Below are positions 26,693 through 31,113 of a stretch of DNA of 31,113 nucleotides, in pieces. The notes below the pieces were generated by a model. It saw nothing but the letters and a program-made list of their open reading frames with translations, was not told the origin of the DNA and did not search any database. A program made the position numbers and the translations under genes. The stretch comes from a bacterium. Its GTDB lineage: Bacteria; JAMCPX01. How positions within the stretch are numbered: position 1 is the stretch's first letter; each line of letters opens with the position of its first letter. Where the stretch lies: the NCBI GenBank assembly GCA_037439545.1, contig JBBIVV010000026.1, forward strand, positions 1-31,113. Reading direction: 5' to 3'.

Positions 26693-27973
26693 TCATCCAT
26701 TTTTTTTGTCTATCGGGCATTTACCCGACTTAATATGCATCGTAAACTCATCCTTAAATTTCTTTATAAATCCCAACATCATCATTGCCGCGGCATCACC
26801 GAGCGGACACAGGGTGTTACCCATGATGTTTGCCGATACCCTTTCCAGCAATTCAACATCCCCTTGCCTGCCACCACCATGTTCGATCCTTTCGAGTATC
26901 TTTGTCATCCATACAGTGCCTTCCCGGCACGGCGTGCACTGACCGCATGATTCATGCGCATAAAATTCGGAAAGTCTCAATGACTCTTCAACCGTACACA
27001 CGTCTTCGTCCATCACAATTACGGCCGCAGAACCAAGCATGGAACCTGCTTTTGCAAGCGAATCAAAATCCATACTCACACCAATCTCTTCGGGCAGGAG
27101 AACCGGTGTGGATGAACCTCCCGGTATGACACCTTTCAGCTTCTTGTTGTCTTTCATACCGCCTGCGTAATTATAGATCAGATCCTTCAATGTCGTTCCC
27201 ATCGGCAGTTCATAAACCCCGGGCTTGTTTACATGTCCGCTTATCGCATAAAGTTTTGAACCTGTATTCTTCGGAGGCACTCCAATAGCTGCATACCACT
27301 GCCCGTTGTTTCTGATAATCGACGGAACGGCCGCGAGTGTCTCAACATTGTTCACAACGGTAGGTTTACTGAACACACCGACGACCGCAGGAAACGGGGG
27401 CCTTACCCTTGGGTTACCGCGCTCTCCTTCGATAGATTCTATCAACGCAGTTTCCTCACCGCATATGTATGCGCCTGCACCCCTATGAACGATAATATCG
27501 ACTTTTTTATCAGTTCCAAAGATCCTTTCTCCAAGGAATCCTTGTTTCCTGGCCTGAGCAATGGCTGCCTCAAGAGTGTTCGCAGCCTTAACAAACTCAC
27601 CCCGTATGTATATAAAAGAAAGCTCTGCCCCTATTGCATAACTCGCTATGATCATACCTTCAATAAGCAGGTGCGGATTTTTCTCAAGTATCTCTCTGTC
27701 CTTGAAAGTGCCCGGCTCACCCTCATCTGCATTGCAGCAAAGGTATCTCGGCCCTTTGAAATCCTTGGGAACAAAATCCCATTTCATACCGGCAGGAAAT
27801 CCGGCACCGCCCCTGCCCCGTAACCCTGATTTTTTAACTTCATCGATGATCTGGGCTATGGACATTGAAGTAACGGCTTTTTTTGCCGACTCGTACCCGC
27901 CGACAGCAATATAGTTGTTTATATCGGTAAGCTTTGTGCCTTCTACATTTTTCAAGAGTATCTGTTCCATCAC
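26693..27973 (-). CDS. nuoF: NADH-quinone oxidoreductase subunit F
   Basis: LRGRGGAGFP, NADEGEPGTFKDR, GAGAYICGEETAL, SCGQCTPCREG, CPLG. Confidence 0.97.
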   Translation of the reverse strand: MMEQILLKNVEGTKLTDINNYIAVGGYESAKKAVTSMSIAQIIDEVKKSGLRGRGGAGFPAGMKWDFVPKDFKGPRYLCCNADEGEPGTFKDREILEKNPHLLIEGMIIASYAIGAELSFIYIRGEFVKAANTLEAAIAQARKQGFLGERIFGTDKKVDIIVHRGAGAYICGEETALIESIEGERGNPRVRPPFPAVVGVFSKPTVVNNVETLAAVPSIIRNNGQWYAAIGVPPKNTGSKLYAISGHVNKPGVYELPMGTTLKDLIYNYAGGMKDNKKLKGVIPGGSSTPVLLPEEIGVSMDFDSLAKAGSMLGSAAVIVMDEDVCTVEESLRLSEFYAHESCGQCTPCREGTVWMTKILERIEHGGGRQGDVELLERVSANIMGNTLCPLGDAAAMMMLGFIKKFKDEFTMHIKSGKCPIDKKNG

Positions 27974-28446
27974 TTCTTCCTCAGATCAGCTACTATTTTT
28001 TTTATCTTGTCTTCCGTGCACTGCTCGTAATAATCATCGTTTATCTGGACCACAGGACCGAAACCGCAGGCCCCGAGACATTCAACCGTGGACAGCGTAA
28101 ACATATTATCTTTTGTCGTTTGGCCGTCCTCTACACCTAAAACAGCTTTCAGGGTATCTACGATCCCGGCAGAACCTTCAAGGTGGCAGGATATGTTCGT
28201 GCATACTTGTACATGGTATTTACCTACGGGCTTTTTGTTGTACATGGTATAGAACGTAGCAACACCATAGACCCTAGCCGGCGGCACACCGACCAGCCCT
28301 GCAACATACTCCATTACCTCCGGAGAAATATAGCCGAATTCCTTCTGTGCGAGATGCAGGACCGGAAGCAGGCATGCATCCTTTGTCGGATATATTTTCT
28401 TTAATTCTTCGACCTTATTCATCACAGGCTGTGAAAACTGGATCAT
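27970..28446 (-). CDS. nuoE: NADH-quinone oxidoreductase subunit E
   Basis: VATFYTMY, CTNISC, ECLGAC. Confidence 0.96.
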   Translation of the reverse strand: MIQFSQPVMNKVEELKKIYPTKDACLLPVLHLAQKEFGYISPEVMEYVAGLVGVPPARVYGVATFYTMYNKKPVGKYHVQVCTNISCHLEGSAGIVDTLKAVLGVEDGQTTKDNMFTLSTVECLGACGFGPVVQINDDYYEQCTEDKIKKIVADLRKK

Positions 28447-29630
28447 CTGTCAAGCTCCCCTGCTACAATGTTAAGGCTTCCGAGTATTGCAACAGCATCC
28501 GATATAAGGTGTCCCTTTATCATTTCAGGAAATGCCTGGAATATGGCAAAACAGGGTGGTCTTACCTTTAACCTATAGGGATATTGCTGTCCGTCACTGA
28601 CAATATAGAACCCAAGCTCGCCATTGGCGACCTCGGTACCGAAATAGACATACCCCGGTTTCGCCTTAATGCCGTACATGACAAGCATAAAATGGTGGAT
28701 CAGCCCTTCCATGGTATTATAAACGTCCTCTTTTGGAGGAAGCGTGATGTGCGGATCATCGATACTTACAGGACCTCCCGGAAGATGATCAACCGCCTGC
28801 TGAATAATTCTCAGGCTCTGCCTCATCTCTTCCATTCTCACGAGATATCTGTCGTACGTATCCCCGTTTTCACCTGTCGGCACATCAAATTGAAAGTCTG
28901 AATAACTCGAGTAAGGCTGTTTCTTTCTTAAATCCCATGCGAGGCCTGTCGCACGAAGCACCGGTCCTGTGAAACCGTATTCAAGTGCTCTTTGCTGTGA
29001 GATTGCGCCGACATCTACGGTTCTATCCATAAATATGCGGTTCTTTGTCAGCAGCCTGTCGACATCCTTTATGGACTCCGGTATCTCCTTGAGCAAAAAC
29101 CTCACATCGGATTCGAAATCATCGGGTACATTCCTTGCGATCCCGCCTATCCTGGTGAAGGTCGTCGTCAATCTTGCACCGACCACCTTTTCTATAAGAT
29201 CATAGATCCGTTCCCTTTCTTTAAAGAAATAGAAGTAATTCGTCAGTGCGCCTATATCGACGACGTTCGTTCCGATTGCAACAAGGTGATCCGCTATTCT
29301 CGTAAATTCATTCATGATGACCCTTATGTACTGACCGCGCTTCGGAACCTCAATGCCCAGCAGTTTTTCTACAGCAAGTGCATAAGATACGTTGTTCATT
29401 ATCGGCGATACATAGTTCATCCTGTCGGTGAGCGGGATAAAACCGTTGTACGTTCTGTGCTCCGCCATCTTTTCGATGCCTCTGTGCAAATACCCTATCT
29501 CGAGCGTCGAATTGACGATTCTTTCACCTTCGAGCTCGAGCACGATACGCAATGTCCCATGCGTCGCATTATGGGACGGCCCCATGTTGAGGATCATGGT
29601 ATCTTTCTTTTTTTTCTCAAAGGTAAACAT
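28443..29630 (-). CDS. nuoD: NADH-quinone oxidoreductase subunit D
   Basis: NMGPSHNATHGTLR, GYLHRGIEK, DRMNY, C-terminal GELDR. Confidence 0.96.
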   Translation of the reverse strand: MFTFEKKKKDTMILNMGPSHNATHGTLRIVLELEGERIVNSTLEIGYLHRGIEKMAEHRTYNGFIPLTDRMNYVSPIMNNVSYALAVEKLLGIEVPKRGQYIRVIMNEFTRIADHLVAIGTNVVDIGALTNYFYFFKERERIYDLIEKVVGARLTTTFTRIGGIARNVPDDFESDVRFLLKEIPESIKDVDRLLTKNRIFMDRTVDVGAISQQRALEYGFTGPVLRATGLAWDLRKKQPYSSYSDFQFDVPTGENGDTYDRYLVRMEEMRQSLRIIQQAVDHLPGGPVSIDDPHITLPPKEDVYNTMEGLIHHFMLVMYGIKAKPGYVYFGTEVANGELGFYIVSDGQQYPYRLKVRPPCFAIFQAFPEMIKGHLISDAVAILGSLNIVAGELDR

Positions 29631-30133
29631 CAGTATTCCCTTGTCCTTCTCTTATCCCACGGAGCATACCTCTTCTCGGGAGGTGTCGTTCCCCGGACAG
29701 GGAAATCCTTGCGTAAAGGATGTCCTTCAAAATCCTCTGACATTAAAATTCTCTTTAAATTGGGATGTCCATTTACCTTTACTCCGGACATATCGTAAAG
29801 CTCTCTCTCGAACCAGTCCGCACCGCACCATACCCCGGTCAGGCTTGGGACCGATCCAAGCTCATCGATATCCGTCTCCACAATCAATCTGTGGTTTTTT
29901 GCCGTCGATAGTAATATATATACGATAAGAAATCTTGGTTTCTGATTCAGAAAATCCACACCGGCTATGTCCAATATTTGATCGAACTGGAACGGCTCCT
30001 CATTTTTCAAGGCTGTCATTATTTCCAGCAGATCTGCGGCGGCAACCTTAACCGACCTCGGCCTGAACTCCTCCTGTGTCGAAATAATTTTTCCACCGAA
30101 TTTATTTTTTATGTTTTCAATCAATTCTGACAT
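29630..30133 (-). CDS. nuoC: NADH-quinone oxidoreductase subunit C
   Basis: [29 protein letters not shown]; start moved to ATG 30133 just after the nuoB stop. Confidence 0.94.
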   Translation of the reverse strand: MSELIENIKNKFGGKIISTQEEFRPRSVKVAAADLLEIMTALKNEEPFQFDQILDIAGVDFLNQKPRFLIVYILLSTAKNHRLIVETDIDELGSVPSLTGVWCGADWFERELYDMSGVKVNGHPNLKRILMSEDFEGHPLRKDFPVRGTTPPEKRYAPWDKRRTREY

Positions 30134-30135
30134 AT

Positions 30136-30633
30136 CTATTTTATAGACATCGCCTTTCTCGGTCTTCTTACTGATTCCTGCTTTATAATTTCCTGCAGCT
30201 GCATAATCGCATCTATCAATGCTTCGGGCCTCGGCGGGCACCCCGTCACATAAACATCAACGGGGATAATGGTGTCAATGCCCTGCAATGTCGGATAGGA
30301 GTCGAATATACCGCCTGATGTAGCACATGACCCCATGGATATGACCCATTTAGGTTCAGCCATCTGGTCATAAATCTTCTTGAGAACAGGACCCATTTTG
30401 TTCGATATTGTTCCTGCTACAAGAAGCAGGTCAGACTGCCGGGGAGAAAACCGCATTGCCTCTGCACCAAACCGTGCAAGGTCAAAACGTGTTCCCACGG
30501 CAGCCATAAATTCTATCGCACAGCAGGCTGTGCCGAAGGGCATAGGCCACAGTGAATTTTTCCTTGACCAGTTGACAAGGGCATCGAGCTGGGTCGTAAA
30601 TATGCTGTCGCCGAGCTTCTCTTCTAATCCCAT
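30136..30633 (-). CDS. nuoB: NADH-quinone oxidoreductase subunit B
   Basis: [33 protein letters not shown]; start moved to ATG 30633, overlapping the end of nuoA. Confidence 0.96.
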   Translation of the reverse strand: MGLEEKLGDSIFTTQLDALVNWSRKNSLWPMPFGTACCAIEFMAAVGTRFDLARFGAEAMRFSPRQSDLLLVAGTISNKMGPVLKKIYDQMAEPKWVISMGSCATSGGIFDSYPTLQGIDTIIPVDVYVTGCPPRPEALIDAIMQLQEIIKQESVRRPRKAMSIK

Positions 30634-30983
30634 TCGAATGCACCTTTCTTCCATGCATAAACAAATCCAATAAGTACTATAAATATAAACAGTGCCATCT
30701 CGTACATGCCGGAGATACCCATTGCCCTCGATATAATTGCCCATGGGTACATAAAGACCACCTCTACGTCAAACACGAGAAACATCAGGGCGATAACATA
30801 ATATCTGACAGGAAAGCTGAATCGTGCATTACCGACAGGTTCGGCACCGCATTCGTACGGAGAAAGCTTTTCTTTGCTCTCAGCCTTTGGACCTACCAAA
30901 GCTGAGAGCAGGACCGTAAAGACTGCAAACCCTGCAACAATTACCGTATATACGGTTATATTTATAAAACTATATTCCTGCAT
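30624..30983 (-). CDS. nuoA: NADH-quinone oxidoreductase subunit A
   Basis: [33 protein letters not shown]. Confidence 0.97.
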   Translation of the reverse strand: MQEYSFINITVYTVIVAGFAVFTVLLSALVGPKAESKEKLSPYECGAEPVGNARFSFPVRYYVIALMFLVFDVEVVFMYPWAIISRAMGISGMYEMALFIFIVLIGFVYAWKKGAFEWD

Positions 30984-31061
30984 ATAATTAAGCCAATTTT
31001 AAAGACTTCGTTATGTAAATTATGTTCTGTTTCCTTTGTCAAGGAAATTTACATTTTTTGT

Positions 31062-31095
31062 TAAAGAAGAACCCTGCGGTGTACCGCAGGGTTCT
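31062..31095 (-). terminator. Intrinsic terminator hairpin, probably for a - strand gene beyond the window edge
   Basis: 13-bp arms AGAACCCTGCGGT (31068-31080) and ACCGCAGGGTTCT (31083-31095); on the - strand the stem runs into TTCTTCTTT. Confidence 0.75.
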
Positions 31096-31113
31096 GTTAG
31101 TTAAAATGGCTCC

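Noticed and set aside
841..30673. Many short overlapping or antisense ORFs in the track (e.g. 4730-5215, 9331-9759, 15675-16208, 23482-23949, 29286-29798)
   Set aside because: They lie within or opposite well-supported genes, show no recognisable motifs, and are expected shadow frames
31012..31042. TTGACA on the - strand upstream of nuoA as the operon promoter
   Set aside because: No acceptable -10 hexamer at 16-18 nt spacing, so the promoter cannot be placed

Overview
Chromosomal window from a bacterium of roughly mid-40s %GC (estimated by eye). It is most likely a deltaproteobacterial (Desulfobacterota/Myxococcota-related) anaerobe, judged from RpoH, DivIVA-DUF167, a MYXO-CTERM-like tail and a glycyl radical enzyme. 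The left 17.7 kb is mostly on the + strand: a divergent pair of exported proteins (a probable and a clear phosphoesterase), two paralogous TonB-dependent receptors (TBDRs) flanking a family-4 uracil-DNA glycosylase, nfeD-stomatin, an alpha/beta hydrolase, a glycyl radical enzyme (GRE) with its activase, rpoH, and divIVA-DUF167-FmdB-Zn phospholipase C-like genes. The right 13.3 kb is a complete 14-gene nuoA-N complex I operon on the - strand. Best candidate novel system: an eliminase-type GRE fused to an N-terminal SCP2-like lipid-binding domain, with an atypical active site, next to a lipase-like hydrolase, suggesting anaerobic radical chemistry on a lipid substrate. Second highlight: the two TBDRs share a perfectly identical 404-bp block (N-terminal periplasmic domain plus TonB box) while their barrels are well diverged. 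No rRNA, tRNA, CRISPR array or transposase was seen. All family assignments come from motif recognition, not database searches.
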